Assembly (NCBI GenBank): GCA_036525795.1
Contig: DATCZS010000123.1
Span: 10,717 to 74,716 of the forward strand
Source: Acidimicrobiia bacterium
GTDB taxonomy: Bacteria; Actinomycetota; Acidimicrobiia; Spongiisociales; ZC4RG35
Direction of reading: 5' to 3'
Length of the DNA: 64,000 bases
In this document: piece after piece, positions 47,549 to 56,096 of the stretch
Position numbering within the stretch: position 1 is the first letter of the stretch
Layout: each line of letters opens with the position of its first letter
The notes under the pieces: generated by a model
Databases searched by the model: none
What the model saw: the letters and a program-made list of their open reading frames with translations, nothing else
What the model was told of the DNA's origin: nothing
Position numbers and translations under genes: made by a program

Positions 47549-48607
47549 TTGAGCCGAGAGACACAGAGCGGAGGTGTGTGCGTGGAGTCGTTTGCACGCG
47601 GGCTGCCGAAGGCCGAGTTGCACGTTCACATCGAGGGGACCCTCGAGCCGGAGATGGTGTTCGATCTGGCACGACGGAACCGGATGGAGCTCCGGTACGA
47701 CTCGATCGAGGCACTGCGGGCGGCATACGAGTTCACCGACCTCCAATCGTTCCTCGACGTCTACTACGAGGCGGCCGGCGTGCTGTTCGACACCGAGGAC
47801 TTCCACGACATGACGTGGGCGTATCTTCGGCGGGCGGCGGCAGACGGGGTCGCTCGCGCCGAGGTCTTCTTCGACCCCCAGACGCACACGGAGCGAGGGG
47901 TGCCGTTCGCCACGGTGGTCGAGGGGATCGGGTCGGCGCTCGACCGGGCCGAACTCGAGCTGGGCATGTCGACCGGCCTGATCCTGTGTTTCCTCCGCCA
48001 CCTTCCCGCCGAGAAGGCGATGGAGACCCTCCAACAGGCGGAGCCGCACCTGGACCGCCTCCTGGGGGTTGGACTCGACTCGTCCGAAGTGGGGTTCCCA
48101 CCCGAGTTGTTCGTCGATGCGTTCGGCCGGGCCCGTTCGCTCGGGCTCCGGGTGGTGGCCCACGCCGGGGAAGAGGGTCCTCCGGAGTACGTGTGGCAGG
48201 CCCTCGACCTCCTCGGCGCCGAACGGATCGAACACGGCGTCAGGAGCATGGAGGATCCGGCGCTCGTCGAACGGCTGGCACGGGACCGAGTTCCGCTCAC
48301 CGTATGTCCGCTCTCGAACGTGCGGCTGAAGGTGGTCGACCGCGCCGAGGACCACCCGCTGCGCAAGATGCTCGAGGCCGGGCTCAACGTCTCGATCAAC
48401 TCGGATGATCCCGCCTACTTCGGTGGCTACATCGGCGACGCCTACCTCCAAACCGCCCGGGCGCTGGATCTGTCGGAGGGACAACTGGCGACGGTCGCAC
48501 GCAACTCGCTCGAGGCCTGTTTCGTCTCCGACGCCGAACGGGCCGCCCTGACTGCGCGCCTCGACGACTACCTGGGCGCCCGCCCGGCGGGTGCCGAAGG
48601 GGAGTAG
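47549..48607 (+). CDS. add: Adenosine deaminase
   Basis: ELHVHIEG and SINSDDPA motifs. The true start may be a few codons downstream. Confidence 0.85.
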   Translation: MSRETQSGGVCVESFARGLPKAELHVHIEGTLEPEMVFDLARRNRMELRYDSIEALRAAYEFTDLQSFLDVYYEAAGVLFDTEDFHDMTWAYLRRAAADGVARAEVFFDPQTHTERGVPFATVVEGIGSALDRAELELGMSTGLILCFLRHLPAEKAMETLQQAEPHLDRLLGVGLDSSEVGFPPELFVDAFGRARSLGLRVVAHAGEEGPPEYVWQALDLLGAERIEHGVRSMEDPALVERLARDRVPLTVCPLSNVRLKVVDRAEDHPLRKMLEAGLNVSINSDDPAYFGGYIGDAYLQTARALDLSEGQLATVARNSLEACFVSDAERAALTARLDDYLGARPAGAEGE

Positions 48608-48609
48608 CG

Positions 48610-49635
48610 ATGTCTGCGATCACTCCGGGACTGGTGTGCGCCCATCATCACCTCTACTCGACGCTGGCCAGAGGCATGCCGCCTCCGCCGCGCACACCGC
48701 ATGGCTTCGGCGAGATCCTCGAACTCGTCTGGTGGAGGCTCGATACGGCCCTCGACCTCGAGATGATCAGATGGTCGGCGATGCTCGGGGCGCTGGAGGC
48801 TCTCGAACACGGGACCACCGCCATCGTCGACCACCACGAGTCCCCCAACGCCATCGAAGGGAGCCTGGAGGTGATTGCGGACGCCTGCGCCGAGGTCGGT
48901 GTGCGGGTCGTGTGCGCCTACGGAGTCACCGATCGTCACGGGCCAAACGGGGCACTGCGCGGACTCGAAGAGAACCGGCGGTTCATCGCAGGCGGAGGCC
49001 GGGGCCTGGTGGGGGTTCACGCCGCCTTCACCTGCACCGATGACACGCTGGTCGCAGCCGCCGAGATGGCGGCCGGGCTCGGAGTCGGGGTGCACATCCA
49101 TGTGTGCGAGGGCGAAATCGATCGAGAGGCCCCCGACCGCCTCCGGCGGCTCACCACAGACGATTGGGTGCTCGCCCACGGTGTCCACCTCTCCGAGGAG
49201 TCCGGACTGGCCGGGACCGTCGTGCACAACCCTCGATCGAACCTGAACAACGCCGTGGGCTACGCCCACCCTTCGCGATTCGCCAACCCCGTCGCCCTCG
49301 GATCGGACGGGATCGGCGCGGCGATGCTCGAGGAGTTCGGACTGGCCTACGTCCTGGCGCGCAGCCACGACATCACCACCGAACCCTCCACCGCCTGGCA
49401 GTGGCTCGAGAACGGCTGGCTCCTCGTCCCTGAGGCCCGGTCAGACGTCGTCGAATGGGGCTATGCGCCGATGGACCCCTGGCACGTGGCGTTCACCCCG
49501 GGGATCAGACCGCTGCGGATCACCGTCGACGAAGAAGTGGTGTTCGAGAACGGGCGTCCGACCCGCGTCGACGCATCCGAGATCAGGGCGAAGGCCGCCG
49601 AACAGGCCAGACGGCTGCATGCCCGACTGCTGTGA
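48610..49635 (+). CDS. Amidohydrolase family protein (short SsnA/chlorohydrolase-like, N-terminally truncated form)
   Basis: AHHHLYSTL metal-binding motif, 341 aa. Starts 3 nt after add. Confidence 0.6.
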   Translation: MSAITPGLVCAHHHLYSTLARGMPPPPRTPHGFGEILELVWWRLDTALDLEMIRWSAMLGALEALEHGTTAIVDHHESPNAIEGSLEVIADACAEVGVRVVCAYGVTDRHGPNGALRGLEENRRFIAGGGRGLVGVHAAFTCTDDTLVAAAEMAAGLGVGVHIHVCEGEIDREAPDRLRRLTTDDWVLAHGVHLSEESGLAGTVVHNPRSNLNNAVGYAHPSRFANPVALGSDGIGAAMLEEFGLAYVLARSHDITTEPSTAWQWLENGWLLVPEARSDVVEWGYAPMDPWHVAFTPGIRPLRITVDEEVVFENGRPTRVDASEIRAKAAEQARRLHARLL

Positions 49636-49645
49636 GGAGATCACG

Positions 49646-51454
49646 ATGAACCCGATGCATCGCGGCCCGCTGTCCCCCTATCCGCTCGAGGTCCTGCTCG
49701 GGCGGGTGGCGCATGAATGGGGGACCAGGCATCGGATCTTCGACCTCCCCACCGGCCGCTTCTACCACGCCGACCCGGCCCACGACCTCTCGATCCACCT
49801 CGGTGCTCGCAGCGCTTCCACCCCCCTGGGTCCGGCCGCAGGGCCCCACACCCAGCTCGCCCAGAACTTCGTGCTTGGGTGGCTGGCAGGCGCCCGGGTG
49901 TTCGAGGCCAAGACCGTGCAGGTCCTCGACGAGCTCGACATCGAACGACCGTGCATCGACATGGAGGCCGAAGGCTACAACGTCGAATGGAGCCAGGAGC
50001 TCACCCTCGAACAGTCGCTCCTGGAGTACGTCAAGGCCTGGATGATGCTCGATATCCTGCGCCGCTGGCCGGAGCTGTGGCCGATCGTGGGCCGCGTGCC
50101 GGGACCACACGTCTTCGACATGTCGGTGGGCTACGACCTCGCAGGGATCCGTTCGCCGCGGGTGGCCGAATTCATCAGGGGCATGCTGGATGCATCGGCG
50201 GTGATCGACGGGCTGCGATCGCACATCCCTGAGCCCTTCCAGCTCTTCCACGACCACTCCTTCGAGACCCAGCTCGTCACGGCCGCCACCGTCTCGACGT
50301 TCCACGGTTGCCCCCCTGACGAGATCGAGGCGATCGCCCGTCACCTGATGGACGACTACGGCCTTGACGTCGTCGTCAAGCTCAACCCGACCCTGCTCGG
50401 ATTCGACGACACGGCCCGCATCCTCCACGACAGGCTCGGATACGCCGGCGTCGAGCTCGACCCCGGCGCCTTCGCGGCCGATCTCCAGTTCGATCGCGCC
50501 ATCGCGATGATCCCCTCCCTCGCCGCCCACGCCGCCGAGCGGGGGCTCCGCTTCGGAATCAAGCTCACCAACACGCTCGTGGTGGCGAACCATCGCGGCA
50601 GGCTGCCAGGCGACCGGATGTACCTTTCCGGTCCGCCTCTCCACGTCATCGCCATGACGCTGCTCGACCGTCTCGTGGATGCCCTGCCCGGCGTCTTCGA
50701 CCTCGGCGAAGGCGACGGCGGCGTGGACGTGTCGTGGTCGGCCGGAGTCGACGCCGACAACTTCGCCGCGACCGCCGGTCTGGGACTCGGCCCGATCACT
50801 GCCTGCTCCCAGCTGCTCAAGCCGGGCGGCTACGGCCACCTGTCGGCGATGCTGAGGAAGCTCAACGAGGAGATGACGGCCGCCGCCATCCCCGACCTCG
50901 CCGGCTGGGTCGGCCATCAGCACGCCAGTGCCCGGCTGGCAGGTCATCGCGACGCCGTCGCCGCGTACGTCGCCTCCCTGGCCACCGCCGAAGGGGCGGC
51001 TCGATACGGCTCGACACGGGTGGCCCGCAGGCTCCGCCAGGTCGACCACGCCCTGGAGCTGTGGGGATGCGTGGCATGCAACGTGTGCGTGACGGTGTGC
51101 CCGAACGATGCCGTGCTCCACATCCGCACCCCCGAGACTCTGGGCGGCGTGTCAGACGCCAACTGGCAATACGTCGTGCTGGCCGAACTGTGCAACGAAT
51201 GCGGAAACTGCACGACCTTCTGCCCCGAAGACGGCGAACCCTGGCTGGTCAAGCCGAGGCTGTTCCTCGACGAGGGCCGCTTTGCGGCCGACCCGGACGG
51301 GAGACCGGCGTTCCTGGTGGAGGCCGGTGCCGGAGGCTTCGCGGTGACGGCCTCCGACGGGTTCGATTCCCACGCCGGCTCCCTGACCGCCCTCCTCAAC
51401 GACGATGAGGGATTGCCGTTCCGCCCGGAGACGCTGGAGGCGATCCTGGCCTGA
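49646..51454 (+). CDS. Dihydroorotate/dihydropyrimidine-dehydrogenase-family TIM-barrel flavoenzyme with C-terminal 2x[4Fe-4S] ferredoxin domain (PreA-like), about 100-aa N-terminal extension
   Basis: VVVKLNPTL and GIKLTNT DHOD-family motifs. Two CxxCxxCxxxCP clusters (CVACNVCVTVCP, CNECGNCTTFCP). A GAGGAG Shine-Dalgarno sits 6 nt before the ATG. Confidence 0.65.
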   Translation: MNPMHRGPLSPYPLEVLLGRVAHEWGTRHRIFDLPTGRFYHADPAHDLSIHLGARSASTPLGPAAGPHTQLAQNFVLGWLAGARVFEAKTVQVLDELDIERPCIDMEAEGYNVEWSQELTLEQSLLEYVKAWMMLDILRRWPELWPIVGRVPGPHVFDMSVGYDLAGIRSPRVAEFIRGMLDASAVIDGLRSHIPEPFQLFHDHSFETQLVTAATVSTFHGCPPDEIEAIARHLMDDYGLDVVVKLNPTLLGFDDTARILHDRLGYAGVELDPGAFAADLQFDRAIAMIPSLAAHAAERGLRFGIKLTNTLVVANHRGRLPGDRMYLSGPPLHVIAMTLLDRLVDALPGVFDLGEGDGGVDVSWSAGVDADNFAATAGLGLGPITACSQLLKPGGYGHLSAMLRKLNEEMTAAAIPDLAGWVGHQHASARLAGHRDAVAAYVASLATAEGAARYGSTRVARRLRQVDHALELWGCVACNVCVTVCPNDAVLHIRTPETLGGVSDANWQYVVLAELCNECGNCTTFCPEDGEPWLVKPRLFLDEGRFAADPDGRPAFLVEAGAGGFAVTASDGFDSHAGSLTALLNDDEGLPFRPETLEAILA

Positions 51455-51462
51455 TCCCGGGA

Positions 51463-52407
51463 TCAGGCCAGCGAGAAACCCTTGCGGTGGGGATGGAGCA
51501 GGCGGTCCTCGACGAAGCCGAGCGAACGGTACAGGGCGCGGGCCGGGTCATTCGACTCTCTCACCGAGAGGTGGACCCAGGTCGCACCGCGTGACAGGCC
51601 TTCCTGGATGGCCGCCGTCACCAACGCGCTCCCGAGGCCTCTACGCCGCGCCGACGGATCCACACCGAGGAAATCGATGTAGAGCGACCGGTCGTGCTGG
51701 AGTTCGGTGGCGACGTATCCGGCAATGCCGCGCTCTGTCCGGGCCACCAGGATCGCCCTTCGCCCGTCTGCCAGGGAGACCAGCCGATCGCCGGTGGTGT
51801 GGGTGCCGGGGAACAGCTCGTCGTGGAGGATCCCCACCGGCTCCCGGTCGGACTCCTCCATCGGGCGGATGACATGGTGCCGCTCGCGCCGGGCGGACAC
51901 ATCACGCAAGGACAGAAGTGCCGACCCCTCTTCGCGATGGAAGCCGTGCCGCTCGGCGAAGGCGGCCAGGATCGTCGACCGCGAATCGGAGACCATCTCC
52001 TCCTGCGGGTAGGCCAGCCCGGAAGCGGCGGCGTGATAGAGCAGGTCCGCTGCCTGGTCCCAGGCCGATCCGTGCTCGACGAATGGACCCCACCACCACA
52101 CCCGGCCCAGGTCGGGATCGGTCTCTCCCAGAAGCCAACCAACCACCCGGTCGCCCGACCACGCCGTCCACGTCCGGTCCGTCCAGTTGTCGACGTCGCC
52201 GATCTCGGCGGCGATCACCGTTGCGCGCACGCCGACATAGGCGATGTGGCGCTGAGGGTCGGACTGGCAGGCAGAGGCGAGCTCGGAGAGCGCTTCGATC
52301 TGGTCTTCGACCGCGGGTTGAACGCGCATCCGCCAAGGATGCCATCTCGGGTCCGACCGGACAGCGGACGCCCGGGCGAGGATTCGGACGATCCCCGGTT
52401 CGCCCAC
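51463..52407 (-). CDS. Tandem-GNAT N-acetyltransferase (mycothiol synthase MshD-like)
   Basis: Two GNAT domains (the C-terminal one carries RRRGLGSAL), 314 aa. Confidence 0.6.
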   Translation of the reverse strand: MGEPGIVRILARASAVRSDPRWHPWRMRVQPAVEDQIEALSELASACQSDPQRHIAYVGVRATVIAAEIGDVDNWTDRTWTAWSGDRVVGWLLGETDPDLGRVWWWGPFVEHGSAWDQAADLLYHAAASGLAYPQEEMVSDSRSTILAAFAERHGFHREEGSALLSLRDVSARRERHHVIRPMEESDREPVGILHDELFPGTHTTGDRLVSLADGRRAILVARTERGIAGYVATELQHDRSLYIDFLGVDPSARRRGLGSALVTAAIQEGLSRGATWVHLSVRESNDPARALYRSLGFVEDRLLHPHRKGFSLA

Positions 52408-52431
52408 CCTGAGCAGATAGGCTCACCCGCC

Positions 52432-52623
52432 ATGTTCTGCAGGTGGTGCGGCGCGACGATGGGCTACGTGCACGGCCATGCCGCCTGTCTCGACGGCGCT
52501 TGCGCGATGTTCGGGCTCAACCAGGACGAGTGCTGCTCCGGCGACACGGCCGCCACCTGTCCCACTCCGACATCCGCCGTCGCCTCGCGCATCCCCTCGG
52601 GCACCTCCTCGCCCGCCCGCTGA
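52432..52623 (+). CDS. Small Cys-rich hypothetical protein (63 aa)
   Basis: MFCRWCGATMGYVHGHAACLDGACAMFGLNQDECCSGD: eight Cys in the first 40 residues. Low support. Confidence 0.25.
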   Translation: MFCRWCGATMGYVHGHAACLDGACAMFGLNQDECCSGDTAATCPTPTSAVASRIPSGTSSPAR

Positions 52624-52665
52624 CCGCCATCGAACGCCAGAACGGACCGATAGGCTGGTGTCAGC

Positions 52666-53457
52666 ATGGACCAACCCCGCGGCGGATTCACTGACGAATG
52701 GCGGTCGATGGACCGGTGGCAGCAGGTCGTGCTGGTCTCGCTTGGCGCACTCGTCGTGGCGCTCGCCGCCATCGCCCTGGCGCTGGCCGGTGGCGGCGAC
52801 GAACAGACCGCAGCTCCCGGGAGCACCGTGACCACCACCACGACCGCCACCTCGACGACCGCCACACCGTCGACCACGACCACCACGGAACCGCCCACCA
52901 CCACCTCCACGGAACCGCCCACCACCACCACGATCGCCACGACCACCACGACCGTCGCTCCCGAGTCGGTCCTGACGATGCGGCCAGACGGGTTGGGTGA
53001 GGTTCTGTTCGGCGACGACGCAGACGCCGCGGTCGCCGCCCTATCCGCAGTGCTCGGCGAGCCTTCCGACGACACGGGATGGCTGACAGACGCCGAGACC
53101 TGCATCGGGTCCGAAGTGCGATTCGTCACGTGGGGGTCGCTGCGGGCGTTCTTCTCCGACGGCCCCAGCGATTGGGCTCCGGCGGGGGTGAGGCACTTCG
53201 CCAGCTACGACCAGTCCCCCGCCATCGGCAGTCCGCTGCTCGAACTGCAGACCACCGAGGGGGTCGGAATCGGAAGTCCGGTGGGCGACGTCCGTGCCAT
53301 CTACGGCGATGACGCCGTGATCACGGGCGACCCGCTCTTCGGGGACCTGTTCCAGGTGGTCACCTCCGGGGCGGGCTACCTGTGGGGCCTGCTCACCGGA
53401 CCGGATGCCACCGACACGGTTGCCTCGATCAGCGGTGGGTTCTCCTGCGGGGAGTGA
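52666..53457 (+). CDS. Membrane-anchored protein with a poly-Thr/Pro linker
   Basis: TM helix, then a TVTTTTTATSTTATPSTTTTTEPPTTTSTEPPTTTT linker, then a globular domain. Confidence 0.5.
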   Translation: MDQPRGGFTDEWRSMDRWQQVVLVSLGALVVALAAIALALAGGGDEQTAAPGSTVTTTTTATSTTATPSTTTTTEPPTTTSTEPPTTTTIATTTTTVAPESVLTMRPDGLGEVLFGDDADAAVAALSAVLGEPSDDTGWLTDAETCIGSEVRFVTWGSLRAFFSDGPSDWAPAGVRHFASYDQSPAIGSPLLELQTTEGVGIGSPVGDVRAIYGDDAVITGDPLFGDLFQVVTSGAGYLWGLLTGPDATDTVASISGGFSCGE

Positions 53458-53515
53458 TCCGGGCCGTCGCATCGCCCCGGATCGACATCCACCGATCTTT
53501 CCTACACTGCGCTGC

Positions 53516-54565
53516 GTGTCCAGGACCCCGAGACTCCTTCTCGCGCTCGCGTTGATCGCAGCCGCCTGCGGCGAGGCCGTCGCCGAGACGACGACCACCA
53601 CGACGACCACCACGACGACCACCGCTCCCACCACGACGACCACCACGACGACAACCACGACCACCACCCTGCCCGTCGACCCGGTGTCGCCGATCTCGGG
53701 GCTCCCGGTCGAAGACATCTCCATGCTCGACCAGCGGGCGTACCTGATCAAGGTCGACAACTCTCCCCCCGCCCGGCCCCAGACGGGCATCCTCGAGGCG
53801 GACGGCGTCATCGAACTCTCGGTCGAAGGCATCACGCGTCTGGCGGTGGTCCTCCACATGGGGAGCCCCGACGTGCTGGGTCCCGTCAGGTCGGCTCGAC
53901 CCACCGACTACCAGCTCGCCCGTCTGATCGGTGCGCCCCTGGTGGTGTCCGGCGGACAGGATTGGGTCCTCGAAGACAACAGGCAGGGGGGCGCAGCCAT
54001 CATCGGCGACCTCGGCCGCCCGCTCACCTTCCGCAGTTCCTCCCGGCGCGCACCGCACAACCTGTACCTCCGCACCGCCGAACTGCGAGACCTCGCCGAC
54101 CGTCTCGACCTCCCGGCCGAAGCTCCCCAGGCGCTGTGGACATTCGGCCCTCTCCCCGCCGGGGCCGAGGACGCGACGGCCATCACCATGGACTTCTCTC
54201 CGTCGCTGGTGGCAGGGTGGACCTGGGACGGGACGAGATACCTGCGCACAACCAATGGGGTCGAGCACAAATGGGTCGACTCGGAGGGCGTCGTCGACCA
54301 GATCGCAGCAGACACCCTCGTCGTGTTGTTCACAGGGACGTTCCTGCAGAGCGACCCGTCCGGGGGCCCTGCGCAGGCCGTCATCTCGATCGGCAGCGGG
54401 AGAGCGCTGGTGTTCGCCGGTGGTTCGGTCGTCGAGGGGCACTGGCAGCGACGCCGGGCAACCGACCCGTTCACGCTCACCACCGAGGACGGCGAAACCC
54501 TCGAGGTCCCGCCCGGGTTCCCCTGGATCTCGCTGTTCCCTCGCAACGGCGAGGTGTCGTGGTGA
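53516..54565 (+). CDS. Lipoprotein with a poly-Thr linker
   Basis: GTG start. Lipobox LLLALALIAAAC followed by about 30 Thr. 349 aa. From memory it may be DUF3048-like; I could not confirm this. Confidence 0.5.
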   Translation: MSRTPRLLLALALIAAACGEAVAETTTTTTTTTTTTAPTTTTTTTTTTTTTLPVDPVSPISGLPVEDISMLDQRAYLIKVDNSPPARPQTGILEADGVIELSVEGITRLAVVLHMGSPDVLGPVRSARPTDYQLARLIGAPLVVSGGQDWVLEDNRQGGAAIIGDLGRPLTFRSSSRRAPHNLYLRTAELRDLADRLDLPAEAPQALWTFGPLPAGAEDATAITMDFSPSLVAGWTWDGTRYLRTTNGVEHKWVDSEGVVDQIAADTLVVLFTGTFLQSDPSGGPAQAVISIGSGRALVFAGGSVVEGHWQRRRATDPFTLTTEDGETLEVPPGFPWISLFPRNGEVSW

Positions 54566-55956
54566 GCCTCGAGGCCTCCCGGCTCGCCCGCGAGATCCGG
54601 ACCGCCGACCGGACCGCCCGGGACACGGTCGCCGGCGCCGTCACGGCCGCCCTGGCGCAACAGGAGCGCCTCAACGCCTCTGTCATGGTGGACGCCGACC
54701 GGGCCATAGAGAGAGCCGAGGAGATCGACGCCCTCATCGCCCGCGGCACCGACCCGGGACCTCTCGCAGGCGTCCCGATCGCCCTCAAAGACCTGATCGA
54801 TCACGCCGGAAGGGTCACGACGTGCGGGTCGGCGTTCTACCGGCACGAAGCCGACCGTTCCGCCACCGTCGTCGAGCGCCTCGAAGGAGCCGGCGCGGTC
54901 ATCATCTCGCGAACCGGCCTCCACGAATTCGCATACGGGTTCTCCTCGGAGAACGACTGGTTCGGCCCTGTGCGCAACCCTCTCGATCCGACGCTCTCCC
55001 CGGGAGGCTCGAGCGGCGGATCGGCCGCGGCCGTCGGCGGCGGGCAGGTGCCGATCGCCATCGGGACCGACACGGGCGGATCCGTTCGAGTCCCCGCTGC
55101 ACTCTGCGGCGTGTTCGGCCTCAAGGTGACGCATGGCAGGGTTCCGCTCACCGGGGTGTTCCCCCTGGCGCCGTCGCTGGACACCGTGGGCCCGATCGCC
55201 GGGTCGGTGGCCGATCTCGCGCTGGCATATGGGGTGATGGCGGGCCACGACCCCGCCGATCCCTGGTCGCGCCCCCAGCCCGTGGTCTCCCCCGGACCTG
55301 CCCGGGACGACCTCCGCGGGCTCCGGGTGGCCATCCCCGTTCCCTGGATCGACGAGGCGCCGGTCGACGATCACGTGGCGACCGCCTTCGTCCGGGCGAT
55401 GGCCGCGTTGACCGAACTGGGGGCGACCGTCGAGGAGTTCGACGACCCCCAGCTCGCTCCTCCCGGCATGATCCACGCTCTGGTCGCCGGGGAGGCCGCC
55501 TCTGTCCACCGGGAGTGGCTCGGCGAAGAGCGCCCGTACGGCGACGAGGTTCGCAGCCGCCTGGAGGAGGCCATGGCGGTGACCCTCGACGAATACGTGG
55601 CTGCAACCGCCTGGCGAGCCGGAGTTCAGGCCCGGGCGGCCTCCGCGTTCGGAACGTTCGACCTGTTCGCCACCCCGGCAACGGGTGCGACCCGCAAGGT
55701 CATCGGTGAGCCGACCATCCCGGTCCAGGATCGAGACGTCTCCTACCGGCCCGTGCTGTCCTACTTCTCCGCACTGGTGAACTCGATGGCGTGCCCCGCC
55801 ATCGTCGGGCCACTCGACGCTCCGTCCGTACCCCCGCCGGCCCTCCAGTTGATCGGTCCCCGGTGGTCCGAGCACCGCCTCCTCGAGGTCGCCGCCACCC
55901 TGGAGCGGCACGGAATCATGGTCAGGCCGGGCGCAGCGCCGGAAGCGCCTGCCTAG
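54562..55956 (+). CDS. Amidase (amidase-signature family)
   Basis: GGSSGGSAAAV AS signature and a Ser-cisSer-Lys layout. The GTG start overlaps the upstream stop. Confidence 0.8.
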   Translation: MSLEASRLAREIRTADRTARDTVAGAVTAALAQQERLNASVMVDADRAIERAEEIDALIARGTDPGPLAGVPIALKDLIDHAGRVTTCGSAFYRHEADRSATVVERLEGAGAVIISRTGLHEFAYGFSSENDWFGPVRNPLDPTLSPGGSSGGSAAAVGGGQVPIAIGTDTGGSVRVPAALCGVFGLKVTHGRVPLTGVFPLAPSLDTVGPIAGSVADLALAYGVMAGHDPADPWSRPQPVVSPGPARDDLRGLRVAIPVPWIDEAPVDDHVATAFVRAMAALTELGATVEEFDDPQLAPPGMIHALVAGEAASVHREWLGEERPYGDEVRSRLEEAMAVTLDEYVAATAWRAGVQARAASAFGTFDLFATPATGATRKVIGEPTIPVQDRDVSYRPVLSYFSALVNSMACPAIVGPLDAPSVPPPALQLIGPRWSEHRLLEVAATLERHGIMVRPGAAPEAPA

Positions 55957-56096
55957 CCCCGAGAGTGTTTACACTGGCCGTCGCCGGAGGTTCGATGGTA
56001 CGGGTGGAGCCCGGCGCAGTCGACTGCCAGGACGGCCTTCAACACACATCCGATATCGCCCCGGGTTCACACGCGCATGTATCCACAAGGAAGTGA

